From Stylophora pistillata (Eukaryota), in assembly GCF_002571385.2 (NCBI RefSeq), contig NW_019217919.1, positions 354,265-418,264 of the forward strand: 64,000 nucleotides of DNA. The letters run 5' to 3'. Below are positions 37,604 to 52,322 of this stretch, piece after piece. Made by a program: the position numbers and the translations under genes. The notes beneath the pieces are model-generated. The model saw nothing but the letters and a program-made list of their open reading frames with translations, made no database searches and had not been told where the DNA came from. Position 1 is the stretch's first letter. Every line of letters starts with the position of its first letter.

Positions 37604-40600
37604 GAGAGCGATATGCAGTGACTTTATTAAAGCGATACATCAAGTACATAATGCCACTGCAATCGGCGATCTTAGAATTGTATCCTGAGAGAGGCGAAAG
37701 AACACATGATCAAATTATTACTCGGTCCCACAGCACGCCAATACAAACTGTCCCATTCAAGAATCGAGCAAACAACGCATGCGCGTAAGTAGACAAACCC
37801 CTATGGAAATTTTACCCCTAACTAATTGAAAGTAATTCCTACAGTTATTGTGTGGTCCTTTTCTTTCTAGTCCCAATAAAGAACCTGTTTTTTGTCGAGT
37901 AATTGTGGGTTCGCTTGGTAGTTGAAAGCGTCTTGTTTGGCAAAGTTTACCGACATTCTAAGTCTTTCGTGCCTTGTCGATGTTCGCGATGTCAAAACAA
38001 ATCTTTCAGCCTGTCAGTCAAGTCCATTTGTTTGCCTTAGTTTTGTAGCTATGCGATTTTTGATCAACAAACACATTAGTTCTTGAATAAAAATTGAATA
38101 GCAAAGCAACGTGCGATAAAAATCGGCAGGAATGTGCGCTTCATACAAAAGAACTCCTCGACAATTTATAATTGGTACTTGTCGTTGAAAAAATAGCCTA
38201 CTTACTTAACAGAGAACCGCCATCAGGTCTATCAACGAGTTATTCACGGCGCTTCATAACATAAACACAGATAACGCGCGCAATCAAGAGGACCGATTTT
38301 GAGGGCTCAATTTGTTCAATTTAGATTAATTCGTTAAATACGTTATTTGTAGAGGCAAGCCAAGAATAGTTGGTAAACCAAGACTTACTTTAATGCGTAA
38401 ACCTCCAAGCCATCATCACTTAGCGCATTTTTTGTAACTAGTGCTTTTAATGATAGACGAAACTAAACTATCACCTATATTTGACTACTGTATTGGCTAA
38501 TCCTTGTAATCCTGTGGCGGTAAATTTTTATTATGTCGTGACTTTCCGGGATCAAATAAGAGACTAATGACTGAATCATTGTTAGTGATCGGTGCTATGG
38601 TTTCAGACGATATTTTCCTTCGTTTGTTTGCTTTCCGAAGCTGTCTGACTCACTAGTATGGGCTTCTTTTAATTAAGAAAATATATACACCATTATTATT
38701 TGACCTTAATGTTGCCCTCGTCTGAAAGAGTTCATTCAATATATGGTCACTATTTCAGCCCGGGTTAAAACAGGCTTCAAGGAATATCACAGTGGCTAGT
38801 GGGCCCATACAGTTCCCTATCAGAATTTCCTTCTTCTAGCAGTTGAAAACAACTGTTTTACTGTAAGAGTTCCCCCCACAGAGATCGTGAACATTACAAC
38901 TCCTACAATATGTACTTAGTTGTGAAAAATAACACACAAGTTGCGACTTTTCCAAACAAAGCGTGACTTCTCAAGGTTACCAAATCCTCACTTGTGAAGA
39001 TGTTCTCTCAGACGCTACATATCATCGCTGTCAGTCAGCAGTAACCACTTGAGTTCAAGCCACAACTGTTTACCACAGTTTCATTGATCGTTATACCACC
39101 TGAAATTTGACACAAGCTAACTGGGAGTTTTAAGTATTCGATAATACATTTCCGGTCCGTCTAATCGAATAAAAAATTTTTATTCTGTGTTTCAATTAAT
39201 TTGTCGACAAACTTCAAAAAAACCGGATACAGTGATCAGAGATAAATGCCATCGACTAAGCCTTAGAGCTTAACTTAGTTGCTGATTCTTAAATAAAGGG
39301 ATCAGGGCATTAAAAAGTTTCTTTGTGGATGATCAAAACTGGCAAGAACCAATAACTCCTTTGTGGTCAATTTTACAGACCAAAATCTATTTTTTCATAA
39401 TAACATGTTAAAAGCAGTAAACAAAGTGATAGTGAAAATTGAAATAACACTCCTTCTTAAAAAATTGCAATTCTAAAAGCTTATCTTAAAGACATTGTAA
39501 TAATTATGCTCTGTGAGATCTCACACATCTTTCTCATACTCTAAATACATAAAACTGAAGCAGGCCTCATAGTAACTTATGTGAGAACTAAGGGCCTTGT
39601 TTACTTCTTGTAACAAAACGCAAAGTCAACGAAAGTGTTTTAAAGTAAAAACATTTCCTTGTTTGCTTTTCATTAACAACTAATAAGTTTTTTTCTGTTA
39701 TGGTGGCAAAGCAGTCTCGGAAATATTTGTCAGTGAGCTCGAAATTCATCGCAGACGGAACTTCTCAAAGCTGCATTGTTGGCAACAAGCCCGGAGGTAA
39801 AACAAACGCTTTCCCCTCATAATCTGCGACTTTTCAGCACAAATCTGTTTTCTTTTTCAATTGAAACTGTATTTTATTGCTTCGTTAATTACTTGAATGA
39901 AGATAATTGCACATATTTCACTCAATTTATGCACACGACGGAAAAGTTCTGACTCCAATCGATCCTAAGAGGTTGTGATGCAGAGAACACGAATAAGCGA
40001 GCTACACAAAAACTCAGACTGTTACCAAATCAACATTTCGGGTTTACTTATCGGCCATGTTGTTTTAGGCTTTGATTAAATGGGGGAAAGCAACATACTC
40101 AATAAGACTAAAAGTATTTTGGAACCACTCGCGACTTAAAGCGAATAAAACGGTTATTTTGAACCTTGACAATGAACCGGCCTTGCCAAACCTGTTTTTG
40201 TCCGAGATGTTGGGGTTTAGAGCAGGTGAGTTGCGTCATTTCATATCGGATCCGACTAAAGTCATGTTGCTTTGTTTTGCAGAGATGAATAAATTTTTTC
40301 TGGCCATGCCTTGAGATGCCGGTAGTCAGCTTCCCGGATCATTCTAATCCAGTCCTGCTAGCTGATCCATACGCGCGGCCAAGATTGGGACTCCTTGGTA
40401 GCCATTCCGTGGTATGTCATTTACGCTTCTACAACGCAACCCTTCCTCCACTGCCCCCCTTCCATCACCGCCCCCCTCCTTCCTCGCCCTCACATGCCAA
40501 AGCGGAGCCCTCTTTTAGGGGGTGTTTCGTGACGACTCAAAGAGCAACTTCAGGGGGACTTCACTTTCTGTTGTTTGGTTTTTAATTACATGTGAGTGAA

Positions 40601-43600
40601 AATTTTCTTTAGTTTAGGAGAGCAACTTTACACAAATCGTCAGTGTTATGAGGTCTTCGATTGGAATGAACGGAATGAGCATATCACTTGAATAAAGGAT
40701 TAATCGATAATCCCAGGCAAAGAAAATGAACAACATTTTATCAATTAGCGTCATGGCCAAAAGACTATAATGACGCTCGAAAGCAAACTGAAATAAACAG
40801 CAATTCTATGGTTTACGTTGCTTCGAAATTCGCACGCGATGTATCCGAAGACAGTTGTATCAGAAAGCCGGAGCAACCTTGATCCGGACTAAGCAAGTTT
40901 AGTTACCGTCGTTACTCGTTCTGCCGGTAGTTACACGGGGTCTGCGCGTGACAATTGGCTGATTTCGCCCCTTGACTTGTACCACTCATACTGCAAAAAA
41001 CTGAAGTGTTTGTGGTCCACTGCTACATAGCTTAGTCAGAAAACTCAGGTTAGCAGATAACAAATTTAGCCCATCTTTACCGCAGACACAACTCCATGTA
41101 TATATATATATCTCAATACTTTAAGCCAATAAAAGTACGTAAAAATAAAACGACACCAAAAATGTAAAACGCGGAAACTAAACTGGCCTAGTAGGTCTAT
41201 GGCTCACAGGAATTCAACGACGATCATTTGGCAAGTTATACTTCGCAAAGTCATATTTCCATTTTGTACGCTGTTTATTAGTTGAAAATGAGAAAGAAAA
41301 AGCAGCGCTCAAACTCTGTGCGAAAAACATTTCTTGTACGTGCTTGTCAATAAGTAAACCATGAGATATCACACGATATCCTTGCAAGAAACCACGCCAG
41401 CAGAATAACGAATTCAATAATTCTGGGTCAGTTCCCAAACAAAGTTTCCGAAGCACTTGTTAACGGCCCTCTAAGTGAAATTTGACATTTTTTAGAAGCT
41501 CAAGTTGCGAACGCTAGCTCTGACAAAGGGCTAACTAACGCCAAACATGTCAGGCATTTCCAAAATTCCTTACAGGGTCCTACAGCGGTTGTCAAAGTCA
41601 GCTATTATTTTACTAGCCCGCCAATGGAGCACAACTTAACAGTCTTTTCCAGAGAGGGTTATTAAAGAACCTATTTATAGCTAATTGGATTAGCTAGGCT
41701 GCTAAGTAAATCGGGCCAACGGCCGGCCGAGTGGAAGTCAACATCTACAATTTCTTTTTCTGTACAAGCGTTTTGTTTTCGTGTCTCTCAGTAAGGTTTT
41801 CAGATCGTCAGCTACTAAATTTTAGCGAGCAAGAGAAGAAGCATTGAAGGACAATTTAAGACTGGAGGGCGCAAACTCGGTAGAAGAAAGGTTAGAGGAA
41901 TTGCACCCAAACAAACAAAGCTGCGACCGGGAATGGTTCACTAGCAGTCTAAAAAGCAACACTTTATGATCTATAAGAATCCAGCTTAACGAAACTGGAA
42001 GGAATCTGAGAGTTTGCTCCACTACATTCTGTAATAACCATCAGTCTCATAAACTCATTAATCATCACAAATCACGGCCCTGTCCAAGGGTCCTTTTTTA
42101 GTATATGACACATGATAGACATAGATCGTATCTCTCTACCACGCGGCTTTAAAGATTCAGTGGAATAAAGGTGTGAAAGTCAATGTCGGTATGTTTTTAA
42201 TTGAAGCTTAATCAAGCGCAAACGAATCATAGCAGGCATTCAAGCGATGGCGTTTTCTTCTAAATTCTCATGCGGCTTTGTTTAAAAGCTTATTTAAAAT
42301 CCCTCAAGAAGAAAACTGATCAGCGCAAGGACTTAATTACAAGCACTGGGATTAAAGAAGTTTTATTATCAGTTTATAAGCTCGATCCTTGCGAGTTCTG
42401 TTCCACCCGGCTGCTACTGCACGGAAACGCAATAAAGACCACAAGTTATAAACAATCCACAGAGTTCGGAGTACCTCATCAAAAGGCTTTAATTCGATCT
42501 CCACAGGTATTCATTTCAGAGATCTAAATAATAACAAAAAATAAAGATCTCAATTTCTCAAGAGAACTTTTTATTACGATTGGTATTCCATTGGTGATTG
42601 AAAAGTTTTTGATTTACACAATGTTGAACAGTTCGTAAAAACTCTCGAGCAGAAAATCTTTACAGATGTGAAAGTCAAATTGATGGCAAGAAGGAAAGTT
42701 TTTAGTTTTCCCCAAAAGCCATAACCTGCTCCACTACCAATTTTTGAATTTCTCTAAGAGATTACTGTCACTATACTGACAATTTCATTCGAAATTCTCC
42801 GTGCGTGCTGAGGTTACTTAAGTTTTAAGTTTAGAGAAAAATCAAGCTGGCTTAAAAAAATCTCATTTTCACCTAGAGAATTTTGTTATAAAATAGTTTC
42901 TCGTGGCTATAGGTAACTAAAAGAAGGACATAGATTTAAACAGAATATGGGTCTCAACATATTCTGAACCACTTCAACGGCTGATAATTATATAAAATAC
43001 ATTAACTCTTCACTACGACGACCACGACTTTAATTAGCACTTATAAAATCAAACAAGTAAACTCTAAAAGCTACAATACACAAGATGGTGTCTAAATGAA
43101 AAGCTACTTAGAAAACGAAATTTTTTAAGCGGAAACGTAAAGTATTTTATTGTTTTGTAAAGGCAGAGAGTCTTGAAAATCCGTATACTGCCAAGTCAGT
43201 TCATGGCGTTATCGACAAGCTCAGTTAAGCAGAAAGTTCTGAGAGAGAGAGAGCTGCTATTGCGAAATGTAACTTTACCGATAGTATAATACATAGAATG
43301 TGTCTCTTACCGGTGGAAACTCATCGAACCTCCAAATGTACTGATATTCCAGAGTTACCGCTCTTCCAATACTTTCTCCTCGAACGAGAAGTTTGTAATC
43401 TCTCTCAGATATTTTTAATAACGTGATGTGACAGTAATATTAGTGACACTTCACGAGCGTAATTCATCTATACTCAAATGATCACTCAGTTGTGATTAGA
43501 CGAAAACTGAATGGCTATCCCACAAGCGCTTTCGTTTCCGGTTTCATTACCATTTAAAGACCAAATCTGTGGTTCTCTCGGTTTCAGACAGATTTTTGCT

Positions 43601-44626
43601 TTCCAAACATCGTAAAATGTTATTATATACAAAATGAATGAAGCAATTATTTGCATAGACGATACTGAGGTTTCTCTAAGTTGTTCTTGGTTCAAATGAA
43701 TGAAAGTTAATTTCATCTTGATGGTTAACCAACATACCAAATGAAGACGTGATTGTGCACGATCGCGACAAACATTATGACGTCAACGGCGCGACGTCGT
43801 CAAGATCGAGGAACAATCCGTCACGCGCCATTCTGGGCGGGGTGCTTTTGAGTGCTCGGTGGAATAATGATACAGTTCCAAAACAATGAGAGAAATAGTA
43901 CGAACACTCTTCCACTCTCTCAAATAAAAATTGTTCAACAAATAAGCTTATCTTTTTATTATTATTATTATCTTTTAGCTCACGGTTGGTTGGTAAGAAC
44001 AGAACATTCAGGGATTCAGAGAAACAGAGATTCAGGGAGTCCATTGTTGCTGAACCACTTTTCAAATTATGCCGGGCTGAAAACTATCATGGCTGACTGG
44101 TTAAGGCTCATTAACCGGTTATTTTTAACAATGATACGATTGTTACCAATATGGCATTTGGAGTAACTGTTGTCCATTATTTGATTGATGATTGTGGAGA
44201 TAATTTACAAAGGAGGGAGGAGAAGTGAAGGATGAAATTAGAGAAAGTTAATTCATCCTACTAGTATCAAGTGGTTATTTCTTACAACGTGTATGTTAAC
44301 ATGCGTGTCTTGAACTTCCCTAGATTGGCAATCTAAGATATAAAAGATGATAGAGGAGGAACTTTTTTAGACTTAATAGAAGTCAGCCTAAATATTTGAA
44401 ATAAAACTAGATACTTTGAAAAAATGCCTCTCCCAAAAGTCTTTTTAAGACTGAGAGCGTTTAAACAAATGACTAATTAGTGAAGCTCGTTTTATTCAAA
44501 ACACAAAGTTTTCCTTAAGTTTTCCATAAAGGACGTTTTTGAAAACGTTTTTGAGTGACGGTAACAAAGCTGATGGATGACAACCTTTTCAGCCAATACC
44601 CTATCATCACATTGACAGTTTGTTAT

Positions 44627-44975
44627 TCAATCATAATTCCTGTTCGTATATACCACACAAGTGATTAATGCTTTTCGTGCGGGCTGATTGGCTAGTTCGG
44701 AAGTAAATAGCAAGTGCTATTCACCTCCACTTCGGTAAATAATTGTAAATGTTACATACTTAGACTTCCACTGAACAAAACTAGCACTGTGATTGGTTGA
44801 TTCTTGGTCACGTGCCTTTAAATCAAAGGTATCCCGACCGGGATACAATAATGCGCAGCTGTTGCCCGCGCGCCGAATACAACAGCTCTATTGTTTTAGG
44901 GAAAGTCTAAATTTATGTTCCCTTAGGAAACTAGTTAGTTTTGTGTTCTCTCGGGACCCTATATTAGGTGTATAG
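44627..44975. repeat. Two adjacent interspersed repeat fragments
   Basis: CTGATTGGCTAG..TATTCACCTCC and GTGATTGGTTGATTCTTGGTCACGTG..AAACTAGTTAGTTTT motifs resemble abundant anthozoan repeats. Recognition only, not verified. Confidence 0.35.
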
Positions 44976-47900
44976 TATTACACTATATAGGTGGTCGTAC
45001 ATAATACTGAACAACATCGCGGGCTCAGCTATAAAATTACTTTGATTTTTTTCTTCAACAAAAATTAGAGCAGGCGCGACTGCAGACAAACAAGCAACAG
45101 CTTGATAAAACAATTAAACAAACACTACTGCGAAAATCCTATTCACAGTTGGCACAGGTTACACTGCTTCATGCGTATGATAATGAGAGAGAAGACAGAT
45201 TACATCTTCACGCGCTTTTTCTGAAGAAGATCTTTTAAAATTAAAAAAAAAGCTGAAATTGATTATTTATGCGGTCAAATCACAAACATTTATGAAATTC
45301 CACTAATGTTTACAAAACAGGGAATCGCAGCTTTGTTTCACAGCAAGTGTTTATATGATGATATTTCGTGAGGTGTTATGGTGTCCTTGGCAATGAAGAG
45401 GTCAGGAGGATGTGCCAGATGCCTTTTATGAGTCCCTTCGTTCAACGTTTGAGCATAGTCGGAGAATATTTCACTGCTGCGGCGCCGATCAAAACTCGTG
45501 AATTAAAGTACAGGGCGGAGTATTATACTTTCAAACTTGCTGTTCCAAACTAACCGATTTTTATGGTTTACTACCCAAAGGCGAGATCAAATTACGGAAA
45601 AAATACATCAGTTATTTGGTAAATTATATTCCAGAGTTTCCCTTATTCGCCGGTTATGTTTTTAATACAATGACCCACATATTTTGTAGGTTATCATTTG
45701 TTAAAGGCTTTTATCGAGAGTCGAAGATCAGCTCCCGCTGTTCTATTAAAGCGAGACAGAATATGCTAAACTACGCTGCAATATATTGCTCATAAACGCG
45801 TTTCAAAATTTCTGGGCAGTTCTTTTCCTTTTGAAAAAAGACTTCTGACCCATTCTATGTCTCTCGTCTCTCAAACAATTTCAGTTTTTATCCTCAACTT
45901 TGAGAGTAAGTTCTTACAATCCATATGGTTCATCTTTCCTCGATCCTTATATAATCATTGTTTTATTAGTATGGTCTGTAATATATGCTGGTTGCTATAT
46001 ACAGAGATGATTTGTCACATCATGTCTTCACCCTTCGAATTAGACGATAAAGGCAGTACGTCACTTTGATGTCGACATTAACATACACAATAGCAGTAAC
46101 TGAGACTGTATTTGACGCGAAAACTAGGACGGACATTCGTGGATTAAGAATTAAATTTGCCTTGGCCACGTGCTCGCGAGTTTACCAAATAACAGCAAGA
46201 CAATTATGGGATAAATGTAAACAAAAAAATGGCAATTGATAAGCCATAACTGCTAACGAATTGGTCGACAAACCCTTGGCGCCAAAATGCTGCTTTCATT
46301 TTCCCAATAAATGCGTTTTCTTGCGAGCTGTTGGATCAATCGTTATACAGAATTTCAACTGAGGCGAATCCCCCTCGATTTCAAATATTCATCAACGGTT
46401 AGAATAGTTTACTCGTTCCAAGTAGCCAGACACGTTCGATCTTAACGAAATGTAACAAATGATTAAAAATCATCCCACCTGCTTCTCCTACAAGCGATCT
46501 CGATCTCTTACATTCTTGGGAAAATGTTTCTTGTTTTCTATATTTACTTTTTCACTCTCTTCACTCGCGTAGAACATCAAATGGGTCGAAATTTGAGTTC
46601 GACAAGGACTGAAGCACAACAATAACACACGCTTTCCGCCTGGCCCGAAGAAAAATAAACATCACAAAAAGAAAGCAATCTGATTGGCTGACTCGCTAAT
46701 TGTCTTCGCACCTGCTAACAACGCGCATAAATTATGCATTTTGGTCCTGGGTTCTAAAACGACTCCTGTCGCCTGGAAATCTTTAATTTCGGCGCGTTTG
46801 ACGTCTGTAAATCAGCTGATTGCCTCCCTCGTCAAATCGTAGCTTTTACGCATAACTAAGAAAGAAAACTAATTAGATTAGTGACAATTCAACTTTTATT
46901 GTTAATTAATCCTATTATCCGAGGCTTAAATCCTTACCACTTGAACTGACTTTCTTCACAGATATTCAGATCTGAAGCTCCTTGACTGAGGTTGTTCGGT
47001 GCAGAATAACAAACCTATTTTCGAAAAGAAGAGCAACATCTAAAAAAGATGCTGATAAGAATCAGTTCTCAGGCCAACTCAGCGCAACTTTGCTAAAACA
47101 CAGACCAAATACTGTAAATTTAACAAAGACCCGTTTATTCAAACCTTGCACAAGTCATTGTTCAATAGAGCTACACCACGATTGGTATGTAAATTTATCT
47201 GAATTATTAATCGTCTCCATATGTAAACGTTTCCATAAGGGATTTTGGGGGACCATTAAACCCTGGGGCTCTCGAGATACCTGTCTCGTGGGACATGAAA
47301 CAAAACAGGGTCACTTGTGTAGCGTATCTACTTCGTCTTTCCTACATAATTTCGTCTTTCTTCTCCCCTCGTGTCTGTCTTATTTTGTATGCGTGTCTTT
47401 AAGAACGCTTATTAGCATGTGAATTCCAGCGATCACGTCCACGTGACCTTTTTGTTTTTTTTGAAAAAGTACTTTTGAACTCTATTGTCTTGTGTGAGTA
47501 TCTAAGTTAGTTCGCAAAGTTCGCGAAGATTTTTTCGTAAATATTCAGAGAATTTCGATGTGACGTAGGTAGAGAGACTGGAATCCATACGACGCTGTGA
47601 AACTCTGAAGCGAAGGAAACATTAAAACGTGGAGTTTACACCTCGGTTAAGCCTTATTACTCCAGCCGCAATCCATACAACTGCTTTAAGCTTTTCAAAG
47701 TAAGCCAGTAGAACCTCCATCAATTTTGAACCTTGATACTTTGTTGAATGAATGACCTCTGGGAACTCTTTGTGAGTTACAAATCTTACTGTTTACATAA
47801 AAGTTCTTCTCGGCTTTGTTCACTTTCAGTTGCTGTTGATTTAAACAGCGGGAATTCTCTACATTTGGCAAAGTTGAATTTGTCCTACATTAGTGACGAG

Positions 47901-48186
47901 TGATTTACTTGTTTCTTTAATGATGTTTTTCTTTCTTTTTTTGTTTTTTTTTTGCGCACTAATGAAGGGTTGATTTTTAAAAAAGAAAAAACCCCTTATT
48001 AAATCTTTAATTTAGACGGAATATAGCACAATGCTGCTTTAGTTGCTAAGAGAAAACTTTTCTCTGAGAAGAATGTATGGACCGTATTCAAATGAGTTTT
48101 TCCGCTGTGCAGGTCGCCATTATTAATTCCAAAAAAAAGATCCGAACTCGCTGGAAACTAAACAACTAAAACACGAGTCGACAAAG

Positions 48187-51100
48187 ATGAGCGTGAAAAT
48201 TCTGCGTTTGTGCTACAATAATGTCAAACGGAAAAGAATGCAAATTCTTTTAGCTTTATTCTTCTTTTTTTCATTTACAATTTGTTTCTACATTGCCATT
48301 CAAGAGCCGAGGAAATCTTTCATTTTTATTGATGATGTCAATCGCTTTTCTCAAGGGTCAACAACAAAGACATTTTTTGGGCCGACACGAGGAAAGGATT
48401 TACTCACCGCTCGAAGCTACCAGCAAGGAATCTTTATTAAGGAAAAGGAGACTTTCAGTGATGCTATGAAGAACATTGGCAGTTCAACCGGTTTGCTACC
48501 ACACGGAAAAAGTGATTTGGTAGCCATTAATAGCAAATATTCTTCAAGTGACCTTCCTCCATTCCGCAAAGAAAACCAACCGAGCCAAGATGAAGATACA
48601 ACGTTCTCATTGCGAGGATTTTTGAATCTCCATATTTGGGATAATGTGTGTCACTTTCAAGTGGAAAGTTTGCGTGAATTTATCTTATTCCCACATGCTC
48701 CGTCGAAACGCATGTTGTTGACTTCTGCTTCTTCCTACGGTGAATACTTAAAAAATTTGGGGGAACGAATGTTCGGCTTCATTTCACCATCTGCAAGCGG
48801 CGAGTATTACTTTGCCATTTCTTCGAGTGGAAATTCGGAACTGTGGCTGAGCTCCGACGATTCATCGGCAAATCTTCGGAAAATTGCTTTTCTCGGTTCT
48901 CGTGAAAATCCTGGTCGAGGACAACCTGGAAATTATTCCACAACTGCGACTCAAGTTTCTACAGCTTTTTCCTTGACAAAAAATGTGAAATATCTTATCA
49001 ACGTGCTTCACAAACATCAGTCTGGCAAACTCCATCTGGAGGTGACTTGGAGATTAGCAGGTGAAGCGGTATTCGTTGTTGTGACCGGTGAATATCTACG
49101 AGCTGCCATGAATGACAGTCACGTGCCTGATAACACTGTTGGATTGGCTGATTACAAAGAAGAGCCACAAGAATCAGGTGACTCAATTCTACCTTTCGTT
49201 GTCTTGGACGACATGGAGGGTGCATTGCCTGAGTGTTAGTACGAACCGAGTTATTTGGTCCAGCATAAACTGATTCGATTCCAGGTGAGTGCTAAACAAC
49301 AAATCACCCGCAACATAATGAAGGTCTGACATGTCCTTGTCCACTCATAGGGTTCAGCAAACGTTGCCTGTCTGGCTGTCCGCCATGTCAGTTCTTGTCC
49401 AAGGGAACAAGTTAACGAGATCTATGTCATCTTTTCTATCAAGCTTTACTGCTATAGAAAAATTTTCGAGATAACCCCTTTCTCGAAAAGTATGCATAGA
49501 GGCGCGATACAAAGTTCCAGTCAGATTCTAGACAAATTTGGTTCTTTAATTAAAGGTGTGTTCTTGCTTTGTCTTCCTTACAGGGTGCTCGAAACAAAAG
49601 TAACACACATTTTGCCTCAGTTTATCCTCCAGATACCACCAATGATTCTCTCGCATTAATGAAAAATGAAGATATCTGGTGGCAGGAAAATGCAGCTGGA
49701 AATCTTCTGACAAATCCGAACATGGCTCAGGGTGTGGTTCATACGTTCATAGACGCTTTAGAAGTAAGATATCCTCAGTAAGTTGCAGTGGATGGGTACA
49801 AGCTCATTAAATTCAAAAAGCTGATTACATCTAAGGGTTTGAGATTACAAAGAAAAATTGTGATGGAAATGTGTTTAAACTTTCCTGCGCCGCCTTTCAG
49901 TGGATTAAATAGCAAGATGATTGGTTATTTAGGTTTTATTTCAAATTTTTTGTTGGGTGAATGCAGTATCTAAAGGCTCGACAGCCAATTATCAAACACG
50001 AAGAAAACATCAAAGTTCGATGTCTGTTAAATCAACGTTTACCAAAGCGGCCGCTCATTAACAACCAAAAAGGTTTCTAGAACAAACATTAGCTAAATTT
50101 TTGTCAGTCAACATTGCGTAACATCATTTTCTCACAGGCATTACGCACTCCAGGAAATAGTTTCAGTTGAGCACGTACCCGACCCTCAGAAAGGCGATCG
50201 CTTCCTCCTGGAATTACGCTTAACTGAAAAACAAACTGGAGGGAGCGTGCTGTTCTCAGAATACGTGTACAAGCCCCTTGAAGAAGACAGTTTGTGTTAT
50301 CCTGAAGGATTCCGCTGGAACAAAAATGCTGTTGTGAATATTATTGTACCTGTGAGAAAATCTGGGCGCTGGGCACTCTATTTTATAAAGAATATCGCAG
50401 GTAACTTGAGAGTCAGGCTATACCCCCACATTTTTAAAAACGTCTGGCGAACAATGTCGTTGGTTACCTTCACTATTCCTTTCTGACTCATATAAATGAA
50501 AAGAGAGAATTGTGGGAAAGATGGAATGCAGTCTTCCTAAAATGCTAAGAATCCTGGACTACTGGTGTCCCCAAATTAGTAAGGGATTCGTTCCCTGGCT
50601 AGACGGTTCTTTTGACACTTTAATAAAGTTTCTACTTCTACTACTACTACTACTACGTGTTTATTTATGATGTCGGAGGTGCTAACAAATTTGAGCAGGC
50701 TTACACGTTCCAATTCTCGTTAAATGCAGTACGAAAAGTGAATAACAAAGGGATTAAAAAGAGTCAAGTACAGATTGGAAAGGGAGGACTGTACCGCGCA
50801 CTGGATATCTTGCTCTTTTATATCCTGAGTCTGTAACGCCTTTTTCCATAATCCGCTCTGGTACATATATATTGAATTTTCTTAAATCCTGTCATAAAAG
50901 AGGTAAAGCTTGTTATTAATTCTCTCTTGTTTGAACTCATTCAGTCCCAGAACATCTAATCGTTAGCATGGTTAAACACATGGGCGGTACAGGAATGATA
51001 TATTCATTGAAGACAAATCCCTCTGTTATTATTGTTTACAGAGGTAATTCGTCAAACTCGGGACTTCAAAATACACGTTATTATCGTTGACTATGAAAGT

Positions 51101-51700
51101 AAGGACATCGATATACAAGCCGTGCTAAACAGGAGCTCTATTCAGTGGTACACGCTGGTGAAGATACCTAGGGACCAGGACTTCCAGAGGGCCTTGGCCC
51201 TTCAGCGTGGAGCTGAGGCTTTAAAGGATCCTCACAGCATACTATTCATGTGTGATCTTCACTTAAAGATCCCTTCCCATCTGATTTCCACCATCCGTAA
51301 GGTACATCCGTTTTAGAGACTGCCCAAAGGTAATTAACAAGATTTTAGAACTAAACTTTTATTTCTCGCTTGACATCAGTATTACTTTATTCCTTAGCAT
51401 TGCGTGGAAGGGAAAATGGCGTTCGCACCAGTGGTGAAGAGACTTCGTTGCGGTTATCATCCCGAGCTTCCATTTGGTTACTGGGAGACACTTGGATTTG
51501 GCTTGCTGGCAATGTACAAGTCTGACTTTGATCACGTTGGAGGAATGAACATACGCGAGTTTACTGGATGGGGAGGGGAGGACTGGGAACTATTAGACAG
51601 AGTTCTTATGTCCGGGATAGAGGTGGAGCGACTCAAAATCCCACATTTCTATCACTTCTACCATACGTCTGTTGGTGGCAATCAAAGGGTAGGAGCGTGA
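48187..51700 (+). CDS. B4GALNT3/4: Beta-1,4-N-acetylgalactosaminyltransferase 3/4-like (LacdiNAc synthase; TM anchor, PA14 domain, catalytic domain) with an in-frame TAG at 49237-49239. Exons 48187-49284, 49584-49777, 50138-50400, 51042-51301, 51398-51700
   Basis: N-terminal hydrophobic anchor. PA14-type GFLNLHIW..., [34 protein letters not shown] and VLHKH. Then [72 protein letters not shown] and [12 protein letters not shown]. All intron phases are consistent (706 codons in total). Confidence 0.9.
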
Positions 51701-52322
51701 AGAGTCCTCTAAGGAAAGCTACTCGCGCCCAATTTAAGCGCTTGCTCTTCATTTTGCACTCAGCTTAAGAGGATGGTATTAGCACTGACAACATTACAAT
51801 GATACTATTGCAGCCGGGCGGCGGAAAAAGTAAAGGGATTGATAAGTGAAGTTTATTCCTATGCAAGATGCTCAAGCGAAATGTAAGTTAAGTAGCTGGC
51901 ATTTCTTTTCGATTAAAGAAAGAAAAAGATTAAAAAAAAAAAAAAAAGAGAAAAAGAAGAAGAAAAAAAGAAACATCATGATTGCATCAAGCTTTTTTTC
52001 CTGGGATCAATCTTTTACTTCTTGCAACTACACCCATCACCTCGATCTCTTATCTTTGGGTGTTTTGAACATTCACTCAGTAGAAACGAACTTTGATAAA
52101 AAAAAATTAAACAACGTCGCATTTCTAAGACACGTTCTACCGATTTAGTCTTCTAAAAATAAAAGAATTTAAACGAAAAGTGAATTAAAAATATCAAGAA
52201 AAGTCAATTAAAAAGAGCAATGTTCTCCTCCAGTGTAGAGGACCTTTAAACATCCTGGACACATCATCAGACGTGAAAATTGTTTCATGTAGTCTGTCTT
52301 TGCTGTTGTCTGGACCTGCTGT

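Noticed and set aside
43840-43860. Plus-strand GGTGCT-TTTG-AGTGCT hairpin similar to the intronic stem-loop core
   Set aside because: Isolated, relies on several G-U pairs, and lacks the bulge plus outer stem. Could be chance.
38300-47500. Scattered 60-146 aa ORFs in the intergenic region
   Set aside because: No recognisable domains or consistent exon chains. Expected by chance at this length.
49237-49239. Selenocysteine or pyrrolysine recoding of the internal stop
   Set aside because: Sec needs TGA plus a SECIS, and this codon is TAG. Pyrrolysine is not known in animals.
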